A stretch of 64,000 nucleotides of DNA from Rhizophagus irregularis (lineage: Eukaryota): positions 4,154,001-4,218,000 of the forward strand of contig NC_089435.1 of the NCBI RefSeq assembly GCF_026210795.1, written 5' to 3'. A program made the position numbers and the translations under genes. Below, piece by piece: positions 11,279 through 24,829 of this stretch (position 1 is the first letter of the stretch; each line of letters begins with the position of its first letter). Below the pieces are notes generated by a model. That model saw nothing but the letters and a program-made list of their open reading frames with translations. It searched no databases and was not told where the DNA came from.

Positions 11279-14200
11279 GATTAAATTATAATTTTCTTTC
11301 TTTTTAAAAAATAAATAAATAAAATATTTCCCATTCGAAATATTATTGATTTTTTTTTTGTTTATTATTTTTTGAAAAAAAAAAAAATTTTTTTTTTTTT
11401 TTTTACTTTCAGTTAGCGTTTATATTTGCAAAGTATTGTTAGTATTATCATATATCTTTGTGATCAATGATCTAACCATTATTAGATCTAAAAAATTTGT
11501 TACACTGTTACATGAAAGTCCAAACCATTTTAATGTTTATAAGTACTTTTTCGGAGGACCCCGAGGTAGGGTCATTAGTAATTTGTTTGAAATTTTCCCC
11601 GAGTATTGCGCTTAAAGGCCAAAATTAGAACACATGAAATTTTTGTTCAATAGAGAAAATTTTTTTTACAAATAATTTTTATTTATTTTTAAAATTTTTT
11701 TTTTTTGATAAAAATAACGAGAATAAAAAAAAATATTATTTAGACGCCCAATACTTTACCTATTTTAGTTATTTTCGGGATGTCCCAATTTTAATTTTAC
11801 TAATTAACATTTTTAATTTAATATTTTTAAAAATTTAATATTTGTAATTTAAAAAAAAAAAAAATTTTTATTTAAAAAAATTCTTTTTTGGTTTGAAGAT
11901 TTAAGTTTTATCTATGGTGGATAATGATGGAATCTTCTTTAATCATTCGCAATATCGATCTTTGATTAGTCAATCAAAATATCACGTGATCCAATTAAGT
12001 TTTGTTAAATTACGCATTTGAAATTCCCAAGTATGAGAAAAAGAGTAAGGGGTAAAAAAGGTTTCAATAATAATAATAATTTTATAATATATTATTTTTA
12101 TTTTTATTTTCAAACAGAACGATTGAGAATATGAATTTTTAAATTAACAAACATATTTATATATATATATACTTACATTTTGCATGTCATTTGCTTATTA
12201 ATAATATTTAAATAGAAAATTCTGTCTGATCAGCAACCTTCTTTGCGTAATTTTGATCGATTACTTTTTATAGAAAAAAAATTATTTTATTGATAGTCTT
12301 ATTAATCCCTTTTATATATAAGATTGATTTCATTTAAAAACTCCTTTAATTTGAGGAAAAATAAAAAAGAAAGTTCCATCAGAATCTCTAATTATATTTA
12401 ATTCTTTCATCTTGAATAAAAAAAGAAACTTTTTACGTAAAATTTTTTAAAAAAATTGAGTTAATTATAAACCATATTTATTTTTTATTTATATTTTTAT
12501 TTATATATTTATTTATATATTTATTTTTGAGTATCCCCAATTTTCTCATAAATGAATTCAGAGAATCAAATTTATTGTACTTGTTGTTCAAGAATAATAA
12601 TATTGTCAAATGATTGTATTTACCCATTGATGTAAGGGTATTTATTTCGACAATGAATAATAGCTTTGACGATCATACATAATAATTGTATATGTTATAA
12701 AAGTATTCTTTTATTATTTAATCAAAAAAAGTTAATTTTACTCATTTCGATCTCCGAACTAATTCCGAACTCCGTTTTACCTTATTAAGGAATTTCACAA
12801 TTATGTATTGTGAAAATCTGTGACAATACTGTATATATTTATTATAATGAAATTGTTGTAGTAGTTTAAAAATTGTGCAAAATAATTTTATCGTTTTATT
12901 CTCTAAATTTGATTTTGTGAAGTTAACGGTAGAATTCATATAATAATAAAGTAGTAAAGTAGTATTGGTCTGGTGACTATTTAAATGGCGTGAGATTTTT
13001 ATCTAACAACAGGTTTTAACGTCCTTCTCCCCGTTTGGTGAGATATAAATAGTAATTCCTCATACTTTATACTGGTTTATTATCATGTTTACTTTGGTAT
13101 ACCTCCTTAATAACAAGATTGTGTAGGAAATTTCACATTGAAAACCGGTAAGGTAGATCCATGTTATTTCGTATAATATAATAAAATAAATATTAATCAA
13201 ATTAATAAATTAATAAAATTCATTATCGATTATTCATCTTATAAGAGTGTCGATGTTCGAAATAAGCCAAAAATTATTATCATCAAAATTTAGTATAAAA
13301 AAGAACCCATGAATTATTTGGCAAATGACGAACTGGACATAATAAATTCATGAAAGTTGCGATTTGCGGTAATTGGATAACGAATTGAATGTGAAGAAAG
13401 ATGAAAAAATGTGAAGAATGTGAAGATTTAAGAATATTTTAAGCATTAAATTTTTGTTATCCGAATAAACTTAAATTTTAAAATTTCTAGATAGTTTAGT
13501 TTTGGATGTTAGTTATCACGTTTGAGTCACGCCACTTAATCAGGAGACGGATCTGCATCTAGATATTGTAAATCGGAATTAGTTAAAAATATTGAAGTCT
13601 AAATTGAGTCGAAATACGCCATTGATCATATACTGTAATTATAAACTTGAATGCAACTTCGTATCACATCACATGCAATTATCTTATGATTTCTTGTTAA
13701 ATAAAATTGGTTAATAATGATTAAAGACAAAATTATATTACCATAACAATTAATAATCGGATAAAAGTGATTGCTTCGTAAATCTTTAGTAGTAATTTTT
13801 TTTAAAAAAAGTTTGTAAGAAAAAAAAACTAAAAGGTATTTTTTATATTTTGGAATCTTTTTAAGTCGGATGTTCTCATTCATACTTTTAAGTTTTATAA
13901 GTTTCGTTGCGAAACTTATTTTTTTTTTCTTTAAAAACATGATACTAACATTTCTTCCTCTTTTATTCTTACCATGTTTGTTGTAAGGATGTTAGAATGA
14001 AAATTAAGGCAACAGGGCAAGAGGAAGAAGATGAAGAAAACACGTAAACATTCCTTCAGGTTTCCAATTACATCAAATGGGAGGTCCTATTTTAACTCCA
14101 TTCCAACGCAGTACTTATCAAATCGTTTGAGCAAATAGTTACGAACTCATAAGTAATGGTGTCCCCGTCTTTAGACTGAGACAGCAAATGCAACAGTCAA

Positions 14201-14559
14201 TTGAGTGTGAAATTTATACATCCTATATTTAAATAAGTAATATTAAAAGAAAAAAGAAAATAGAGATTAAGGTACAAGTTAGAATATAATATAGTTAAAA
14301 ACTGGTTCAAAATGATGATATTGAAGAGTTTGATGATGATCACAATATTGAAGAATACATCCAATATGGGATCATAATTCAAGATTTTGTACGAGATTTG
14401 GCAGAAATGAATACAATTTGTAAGTTTATATATTATAATAAATTTCTGTTATTCTTCTAATTATTTTATGTTACTAATTTATTAATTTCTAATTTTTTTT
14501 AGAAAATGATCAATATTGATTATCTAAAAACTATATTTAACTTGATTCGATTTACATAG

Positions 14560-15000
14560 TTCATTTAAGTTCATTTAATTCTTGCATTCACATCTTTGGA
14601 TGCAAATATTGATGAAAATCTTGTAAACGAGATGGGTTTACACTTTCAGAATTCAGGGTGCTCTATATCATCAAATTGGTGGTTTAATGCCAAAAGATGA
14701 TAGTTAACAACTATCATTTGCTCAGATTTAGTTTGAAATTTAATCAAGTACATAACTTTACATAATCTCGACTAGATGTGAAATGATTGCAAAGGGATTC
14801 CCAACGATATAGTAATTTTCAAGATGCATCATCTCGATTTAAGTCTATTTAATTATCAGGTGATTTACACTAGAGAGTGGTCAAATAGCTGTAGATGAAC
14901 TTGATAAACGTTTAGGTGCATAAATGTTGACTCCAGTTTATTAATATATCTTTCAACTGGTGAATTTAATAAAAGACAAAAAGGAAGTAGAGTATTTCTG
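14560..15000 (+). mobile_element. Degenerate Helitron Rep/helicase N-terminal remnant
   Basis: Frameshifted translation AFTSL..ANIDENL..GVYTFRIQGALYHQIGGLMP..FAQI matches the conserved motif upstream of Helitron Rep domains. Boundaries are uncertain. Confidence 0.65.
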
Positions 15001-16403
15001 GGACTTAAAATTTTTAGATATAGCTTGTCAACATTAACCGATCTATAGCTGATGAGTAAGCCATTAAAATACTATTAAAGAACAAAATAAAATGAAAGAA
15101 TTGGTTGGTGTTTTGTTATAAGAACTGGATAATTTTTATTATTAAGATGAGAGAACTTCATTTGTTTCTATAAACATAATACTAATGAATAATTAGTACT
15201 CCAAACAAAAAAAAATTGATTATTGAATCTATTTTTACTAAAAACTATGGACTGTGAAGAACTGGTCAAATATGAAGGAATGTTAGATGCACATGTACAG
15301 TAATTGGGAATGGAATAAATTCTTGTTTATAAATATATAGAGCCTATCTTCATTTTTCCACTATTAAATATCCATCCAATCATTCTATCTTTTTTATTAA
15401 ATCACTCTATTTTTTCTTTAAAATCAAAAATGCCTTGAGCGCGCAAATAATCATGAAATCAAAATAAAGTTTGATTCAAAATAATTTCTCAGATCTGATT
15501 ATTCCCTCAAAGATTGGAAAACACAGATTGTAAACATTTACTCTTGTTAAAAATTATAAATCAACCTATATGTGAAGTCTGAACTGAAAGATTTTGATAG
15601 AAGTTAGTCTTCCATAACAATTAGAAATAATGATGGATTAAAGTTATTACCTATATATGTCGTACAACTATAAAAAAATACTTCATAATTTCCATTCTAT
15701 TTTAATAGCTATTCCATAAATTTTATAGTTAAAATTTATTTTTCTTAAAGCAAAAACTTTCTTAATTTCTTCTTGCTCTACTTTCTTTATCTGCTTTATT
15801 CCATGTACAAAATGTCATAAACTTTATAATAGTAGAAAATTTTCGTCAAGATGATACCTTTTCAGTTATGAAATGCCAACATGACGAGGTACACACTTGT
15901 GACACATTTAAAAGTTAGTTTACTATCCTTTTTTCCAACTTTTTTATCAGTTAATTACTTTTATATTGTTTCAAATGTTTGTTTTCTTCCAAACTAATAT
16001 AATAATTAAAAAAGGTTATCTTTGCAGAACATACTTTTAGAAAACAAGCTTAAAGTTTGGGAAAAGTATATATCATCAAGGCCATGAGGAAAGATTTTTT
16101 GATTCATATTCATATGTAATGGTTGGGCTCAAAAAATTTTAATAAAAATTACCCTATGAAAAAGGAATTTTGGATTTTTACTCTAAATTTGCAGAAGATT
16201 GGATTGCATTCTATTCATAAATGCGTAAGTTTTTATTCAACAACAAAATTTGATATATTATCTGGACATACCAAATCTCTCATAATTTGGTTGTACAAGA
16301 CTTGTATTATGTAAGGTTATTTTCCATTAGAGAGTTTATAATTTTTAACTGCTATATTTTCATAGGAATGGGGAAAATGAGGCATAAAAGACTAAGAATT
16401 AAC

Positions 16404-17185
16404 TAGTGCTCCGAATGATACGAGTTGACCTGAGTTAATTTGACCCGACTCGACTTTTAAATCGGGTCGGTACTAACGATTTTTAATGACCCGTGACCTG
16501 CATGACCCGCATGACCCAACCCGTCAGGTCGGGTTATAAATTTCCTTGACTCAGGTTTGACCCGGGTTTGACTCGGATCAACCCGGATGTTTTTAATTCT
16601 GGCAAAATTATAATTTTGGCCAAAATTAAGCCAAGAATTAGTTTTAACAAATATTAACATAGCTTAATCAGAAAAATAAAAAAATTAACCTTTGGCTTTT
16701 GAGAATAATATTTTCTGATAGCTTTAGAATTCCAATCTATCTTTGATTTGAATATCTGCTAATTATTTTGCCTAATTCTTTGACTTTATTATTAAACCAG
16801 GTTCAAAATTTGTATTTTTAATTTTATTTTATTTAATTAATCTAGGAGAAAATAAGAGCTAGTGTTACATGTTTTGTATAACCATTCATGATACAAATTT
16901 TAGGTGGCTACTAGTGATTAATCACTAAGTTGCCTTTTTTTCAAATAAAAAAAAATTAATTTTGTTATTATTATAAGAAAATCTCACATAAAATAAGTTA
17001 GTACCCATTTTACTTAAATGTTCGGGTCTAACCCGGGTTACACGAGTTAAATTATACTCGGTCGAGTCAAGGGTCAGGTTACGAAAATATGAGACCCGAA
17101 TAAATACGAGTCTTATATTTTTTTATTCAGATCGGGTCGAATATTTCCTCAAAACCCGACCCGACTTGACCCGGTAGGAGCACTA
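16404..17185. mobile_element. hAT-like non-autonomous element
   Basis: TIR TAGTGCTCC/GGAGCACTA, 8-bp TSD GAATTAAC (16396-16403, 17186-17193), subterminal GACCCG repeats. Confidence 0.9.
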
Positions 17186-20100
17186 GAATTAACGCAAAAT
17201 GAAGATCATACATTTTCTGGACGTTTTAGACATTTTCCGGACGTTTCTACTGCAAATTTCTGGACATCTCTTTTTTGTAGAGGTTACTTACATGACAAAT
17301 GGACAGACCCACTACAGGATGATGTATTTGATAAATTGTATAAACTTATTTTCATTTATCATATTTATAATTAAAAACTCTGTTGAGAGATATTCTAGAC
17401 CCGTACTCGTTTCAGCGCACAAGGATGCTGATGAAACTCAATTACATGATTTGCAGATGCATCCAAAATCAAACATACTAGTAGCAAAAAAGACGAAAAG
17501 ATTGATGACATTATGTATGAGAATGAAAATGAAGGAAGCGAGGAATATATTAGAGGAATTGTGTCACACACGAACTTATTTCACCTAGTTAAATATGTTA
17601 TACAACACTTAATAGTTAATTGAAAATCATAACACAGTGTGAACTGATTTTAAGTTTATGGGACTATTCAATAAAAAAAAAATTTTTTTAACCGGTTTGA
17701 AAACATACTATGACAATTTTTATACTAAAAATTAAAAGTTTCATTTTTTTTTGTTATTATTTTAAATATTTTCCACATTCTTTATAAATAAAATTAAAGA
17801 AATACAATAAGATATAATTTTGCGGTACAAGCGGCGTAGTACGTAAAGTCTTATGTATCATATGATAACTGATAAGACGATTATTCTATCAGTCGTAAAT
17901 ATTTCGTATACTTACCGTCGGAATTAATTACGGCACGAAAGCTTATACCGTAATATATTAAATCGCCATAATGCCGTAATTATTTAATGCCAAATATGCA
18001 AAAATTACACAAAGAAAGCTTAGTAATCCGTAAGTCTATAATGCTGATCTTGATGTTTTGTTTAAATATTTAAATGGTAAAATCCATATTTCGTAATGCC
18101 GTAATTTCAATTCAGCAATTCTGACGGCACCTATACCTATAGGACCGCTAGTAATCAACGATGGAACCTGAAATGTATGATATATACAAACGTCTTGAAG
18201 TATGATTAAATGAAGTTATATGAAATTAGAATTATTAAAAACGAAGAATTTATAGAAATTTGTAAATCTAAGATTCATTCTTCTATTAAAAATCTTTGGA
18301 ACAAATTTAGATGAAATTGTTAATTGTTCATTAATATTACTTCATTTTATTTAAAAATTCTGTTAAAAAAACGATTTCAAATTTCAGAATTTGATTTTAT
18401 TTCTAATGAATCTTGAATCTTGCATCTTAACATCTTTAAATCAATTTCGTCAATTTGTTATGAAGGAGAAATAATTGAGACGAACAAAAAAGAATTATTC
18501 TTAAAAAAGATCCGCTCATTATAATTTTATTAAGATAAAATTAATTCTATGAAAGATTTGATTGGATATTTTAGTGAAAGTGTTTTAGAAAATATGAATA
18601 ATATAGATTATGGTTCTTAAAACATGCAGTTACAGGAAAATATTTATCTAGCAATGACGAAAATCTAGTGATAAGAATTTATTTTTTTTTTTATAAACGA
18701 TAATATTATCATCATCATTAATAATGAATTCAAAATTTTAAGATTTTCGCTAGGAAATATTCCATATAAATGGATTATTTTACATCCTCAAGATAAGAAA
18801 GAAATCTTAAAGAACCAACTTATGAAAATTTGAGACATAGGAAATTAGATAAATTTTTATTTCCGAATCATTTTGCAAAGCGCACCACGCTCATGAAACA
18901 ATTATTTATTTAAAGTTATTAATATATATATATATATATTTTAATTTTTAGGTGTATATTTTCTGTTGATAAAATTTTCTATTGTACTAAACAAAAGATG
19001 TTTAATTCGTTATATGTAAATACAAATAATATAGTAATTTTAAAAGGAAAAGAAAGAATGCACATTGCATAATTACTTTGGAGATTTTGGAGATCAAAAA
19101 ACGATGAGGTATTGTATTTGTATCCCTATTTTAAAATATATGGTAAATGATTAAATTAAATTAATGATGAATTTTTATTATAAGTGGGCTTATTGAATTA
19201 ACTGGCTGACAACGAGGAATATTTGCTATCTACATGATATGGATGAATAATTTTCTTTGTAAGTAAATTATCTTTGATTCAATTGTATTATCATTATACT
19301 TCTATTATTGTTTTTATCTTCTTTTATTGACTATTGACTAATATATATTGCATCAAACTGTTTACGTGTCTTTTCTCGATACTGGAATTATAAAATCCTA
19401 TTTGGTTAATGCAGGCAAAGTTATAATGCCAGCTGAAATTATTCAAACGTGTGATATTTACACGTGATCATATGAAATTGTTCAATTTTAAAATGAGATT
19501 TATGTTTATATTATATATATATAAATAATTAGTATATATTGCAATTAATCTAATTTTAATAAATTTTTTTTTTTTCAGCAATAATTATATTTAAATGAGT
19601 GTTGCTAATCTTAACAGGGGCAAATTAACCGGGTAAGGAATTACGTACAATCCAGTCCCCAGTATACATTTTTTTATTATATTATCCAGTTGGGTGTTTT
19701 ACACTTACATTTTACATAGTAATATAATCTTTTTAATAATCGCAGCTCTTTGGCCTGCAACATACGCCTTTGTAACTAGGTTAAAACGAGAGAAAGCAAG
19801 TCACGGTTGATATTAAATTATTTCATTTATCATATATATAGCATGAAAGTTTCCTTTATATCGTACATTAAACCATATTATAACTTATTGAAATTGTCCA
19901 ATTATTCATAAAACTTAATATAGATTTTTTTTTAATTTATAAAGAAAAGGATGAGATCAATCAACTAGCACCACTAAATAATCTTCGTGTACGTGATCGC
20001 CCATTTTTCGTGTTATTCCTAATAAAAGAAAAACCGTATTTTTAGCCCTGTTTTAATTTTACAAATTATTAAACATTAGGAATGACAAATTATTATGAGA

Positions 20101-20559
20101 ATATTAATACTATCTCTAGTTGAAATGTCATATTAAGTTGGGATAAAATATGCATTTGCTCCTATCATCATCGGCATAATCATAATAATGGTCGAAACCA
20201 ATGATTCATTTTGCAAAAATTCAGGTGTTGAAAATGTTTGATAAGACGAAAAACCAAACTAGTAGAATAAGTTGTGAATTGATACCTATATACAATTGTT
20301 TTGATTAAAAACAAAGTAAAAACTGGACGACCCTAGAATCACCATTATAAACTTTTATCGATCTGATCGACACACAGCTCCTTTCTTTTTACGAATATTT
20401 TCTTAACATGTCATATAAAAAAATGAGGTTGTAAAGGATGTATAAAGAGGAATCGCCAAATTTAAATTATTAGAAAAAATGATAATAGAGCCCAACTAAC
20501 CAAGACATTTTATTATGTTAATTTATTATATTTTATGAACAAATATTTAGGTGCTTCTC

Positions 20560-21500
20560 TAACATATTCAAAGTAATTTACATTTCTCCTTGAGCATGCC
20601 CTACAAAATTCAAAAAAAATATGGTTAGTTATAAAAAATAACTAAATAAGATTCCGTTCAGGCTGTACCCTCTGGGCCCGGTCGTAAACCCTGCAGCGCG
20701 CACCACCCCTTCATACTTGCCATACATACCTAATCTTTCTTGGAATATTTTTTTCAGACAAGTTATAGATATTAAGGCCAGGAATATATTAAGAACCTTA
20801 ACCTTGATATTAAGAACCTTAATATCAAAAAAAAAAATTTAACATGAAACCATCAGGTTTTGTCCTCTTTTATATTATTTTTCTCATCATGTGATATGAG
20901 TCTAATGATGTAAAAATTTATACTTATATATAGATAAATTACATATAACGCTAATTTACGTACCAAAAAGAAACAAGAAAAAAGATTTGAACGTTTATGT
21001 GACCACAACCTGGAAAGGTCCACGATTTATCTGATAAACTAGCTACTGCTAAAAGATTTCGTCTTTTATTTTTTACCGTCGCAGTATATTAACAAGCCGG
21101 TGAAACATCTGAAATACCATCATTCAGGCATCGCTCCTGATGCGGATAGATATCGTTTTCTTATTCCTTTTTATGTACTAAATGAAGTAGTACGTTTTAA
21201 TCCTTCTGACGACAGGATCTCTCCAAGAGCAGACTCCTGGTAATACTTCATCTTCCTCAGTTACTCCATATACAGTTGCTCCTTATCATCCGATACCGGA
21301 CATGTTTATTCCTCACAAATATCGAGATATTATACCTCCTGATCCTATATGGTTCGTTTATTGTCCCTGGATACCGTGAATAGTTTACATATATGTATAG
21401 GTTAGAACTCAGACTTGCTGCTGATAAAGAGAGCGCAGCTGAACGACTTCGCATCCAACAATTGGAATATTACAGACGAGCTTTAAAGAATTTCATTTTT
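20560..21500 (+). pseudogene. Degenerate relative of the ORF carried by the 24830-27463 element
   Basis: Frameshifted pieces KPCSAHHPF, TKKKQEKRFERLC and DLSDKLATAKRFRLLF-LPSQYINKPVKHLKY are collinear with TPCRTPCPF, IAARQNARFDRSC and KL*HKIKLANQRKFLFYRYQKFNKRIPHLKF. Confidence 0.65.
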
Positions 21501-22384
21501 TTTTTTGAAAATTTAAGTACAAACTTTGTTGAATAATTTTGTCTTAAACAAATATGTTACAATGTAGTTTTATACCTTGATTTCTAATTAGCCGTCCATA
21601 ACATTGACTATTTGAAGTATTCAAATAAATAATCGCTTAAATACTAGTTTTTTGCAACGGCGACTTGCAAAATAAATATTTTTAATAATATCACGTGATA
21701 ATACGCCAGGATAGTTGATCACAGAATTGATAAAATTCAAATCCACGAGTAAAATTGAGTAGCATGCTAAAAATCATGAAAATAAACTATAAAAAAAATA
21801 TTCTGGAATTATTATCGACGAAAGAAAAGTCTCACCCAATGATGAGCCCGATCATCTCTCCTTAGGAAATACTTAAGGATCGCCCTTTCATCCGCGTCCT
21901 TGTCAGATTTTTCAGGAGTAGACGCCCTTCAGATACTGCGAGACATCAGGGTAGAGAGTGACGGACAGAGAAATTTTTACCGACACTAGTTGTGTCACCA
22001 GATGGAAAATGGAACTAGACTTAGAAAAGCTAAATAAAATTTTCAGATTTAAAACTGATGACTCGTACGAAGATATCGACAAATTGATGAATTCTAATTG
22101 GATCATTTCATGATGTTGATTTTAATGAAGAAACACGTCCTGTATTCTGTATAAAAGATAATATTTAAAATAAATAAATTGTATAAGTTTAATATAATAA
22201 TACACAATCAATGAGAGTGTAAAATGTTACGCGCGATGACAATTATTGACAAATATAAATAGATTGATCAGTAATTAAAGAAATTTTCGTATACAAAATA
22301 TACAAATATACTATCACATAATCATGACTTCATGATAATTTTGTACAACAATAAAATATATAAAATGACCTTATTTCCTTTTAC

Positions 22385-22647
22385 AAAATTTATATTAATG
22401 CTTGATAAATCATTCCATAATAAATTTTGAGTATTAAATGTAACAGATAAATTAAGGTAAAAAAATTCTTTACCAACAGGATTTACATTTGAATCGTATC
22501 CACCCAAAATATACAATTTATTATCGATAAGTATAGCAGTATTACGACTTGAGAAAAGTGCGTCATTTGACAATTTGTTTCAATTAATACTTGAAGTAGT
22601 AGTAAGATCCATAATATGATAAAATAAACTAAATAACCTTTTGGCAT
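22385..22647 (-). pseudogene. K2: 5' fragment of a Kelch-family gene
   Basis: MPKGYLVYFIILWILLLLQVLIETNCQMT, then a frameshift, then NTAILIDNKLYILGG...LLWNDLSSINI, then loss of homology. Shares CTCAAGTCGTAATACTGCTA with K3. Confidence 0.85.
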
Positions 22648-24829
22648 AATTATATTCTATTTATTAACTCTAATGTGATCGAAAGGATAAAATGTTCATT
22701 TATTTTACTTATAAAAACATCTTGCCGTATTGAAAGAAAAAAATTTACATAAGCAGCAGATAGTGAAACACAAAATCAAAAATTGTTTCAGCAACATTGT
22801 AAATTAAATTCATAGTATAGTAATATTACGGAATATTACAATATTTATGATTGGTTTGAAAAAATCTAGTCAATCGAAATCTTGTGATCAATAAATAGTA
22901 TTAAAACAAAGAAACAAATTCTTGTACTTTTCTATTTTTAAATTAATAATTTTCACAAATCAATGTTGTAAGTCAGAGAAATTAAATGATATTACGAATT
23001 TGGTTTAAATCACACTATTTCATGGCTCCATACTATATATGTCTGGCATAAGGAATTAAGATTAGTAATTGCACAATTATTTTATTTATATTCTCATAAT
23101 TAGTAATAGTAACAATACGGGATTATAATTTTCCTTTTATTTGCCTGATTTCAGAAAATTCTTGAACTTTGAAACTTTAATACAATAGCCGTGACGGTGT
23201 GGAATTAAGATTTAAAATTTGTCAAGTTATAACTCCGGCCCAAATTAATCGAAATTAATATTCTTTTCTTTACTTTTAACTGGATTTATGTAATTATGTA
23301 ACAATTAAAAAGTTTCTGCTTTGGTTCCATAAATGTCGACCCATGTTAAATAAGTCATGTGACTTGTAATTATTTTGGCGAAGTTGTGAACGCGTCACAA
23401 TTTTATTATTATTAGTAATCTGTTTGAATTTCAAATTTAAATTATAGTCAGTTTCTTCTCTTTGATGTTAACAATTACTATAACTATGAGGAATTAAAAT
23501 TGTTCTTGTTATATGTTTTTTATTTTGATTATTTTTATTCCATTTATATAAAAAATAACTTCCAAACGATAATAATATAACGTCAAACAAAGTTCCAATA
23601 ATTGCACCAGCCATAGCTGCTGGTGTAATTCTTGATAAAGTTTTAGGATTAGTAGATGGTCGTAAAGATGGTAAAAATGGGGAAGATGGCGATGGAGGAG
23701 TCGAAGGATCAAATATTGACGTCCATTTATATTCATTATTGTTATTAATATCAAGTAATAATATATCACTTTCAATTGATTTGTTATAACCCATTCCTAT
23801 TAAAATTAATTTTAGTTAAAATGAATCCAAGTTTACGTTATAAAAATATTATATTTACCAAATGATATAACCATATATTTTCCAATTACATGTGCTTTAT
23901 GATAATATCGACTTTTTGAGATTCCTCCAGAAACATTGGGAATAGACCATTCAAAAGTGTTTATATTTAAATTATATAATGATTTTTTAGGATTAATAAT
24001 AGTATTTTCTTTCCCTCCAAAAATTATTACTTGTTTACCATCTAACCCTATTAAATAATAATCTAATTAGAATTAGAATTCAACCAATTTATTTGTTTTT
24101 ATTTAATACATACCGAGGACGACAGATAAACCATATCTTTTCGAAGGTATTGATGGCCCAGAAGTTTTCTTTAGTTAACAATTAGTTATTATTTATTATT
24201 TATAATAACAATAATGATAACGATAATGATAATACATTTTGACTTACTTTTATACTCCATTTATCATTAATAGTATCGTACAAGTAAACCTATCCAAAAA
24301 TGAATCATTTAATTAATTTGCTATTATTTAAACAAACTATTCTCTTTCAAATAATAATAATAAATTAATAATACAAAAATAAGTTAAGTAATCACGGATA
24401 CATACAGTCCATGATTAGCAATACAGTTTTGATTGGTAGACTTTACCACGTAAAATGGTAAAATTATGCATTGCTCATAGTGTTCTTGTTTTAAAGTAAA
24501 AACTTATTCTAACGACATAACCATACCTATATAAATAATGTTTTTATTAGGTAATAGAGTTGCGCCATAATTAACCATTGGAACGGTTGCATTTAATGAA
24601 CTCCAACTTAAATTTATTGTATCTAAAATAAACATATCATTCGTATATTCATTATTTATTAACCATCCACCAAATAAATACATTTTTCTATCGTAATCGA
24701 CAACAACTGATAAACTTCTCTTCCTACTAACATAACTATCTTCAACCATTTTACTCCATGAGTTACTTTGTGTATCAAACATATAAACCAAAGCCAAATT
24801 TTCAATATTTGTCAAATTTCTTCCTCCAT

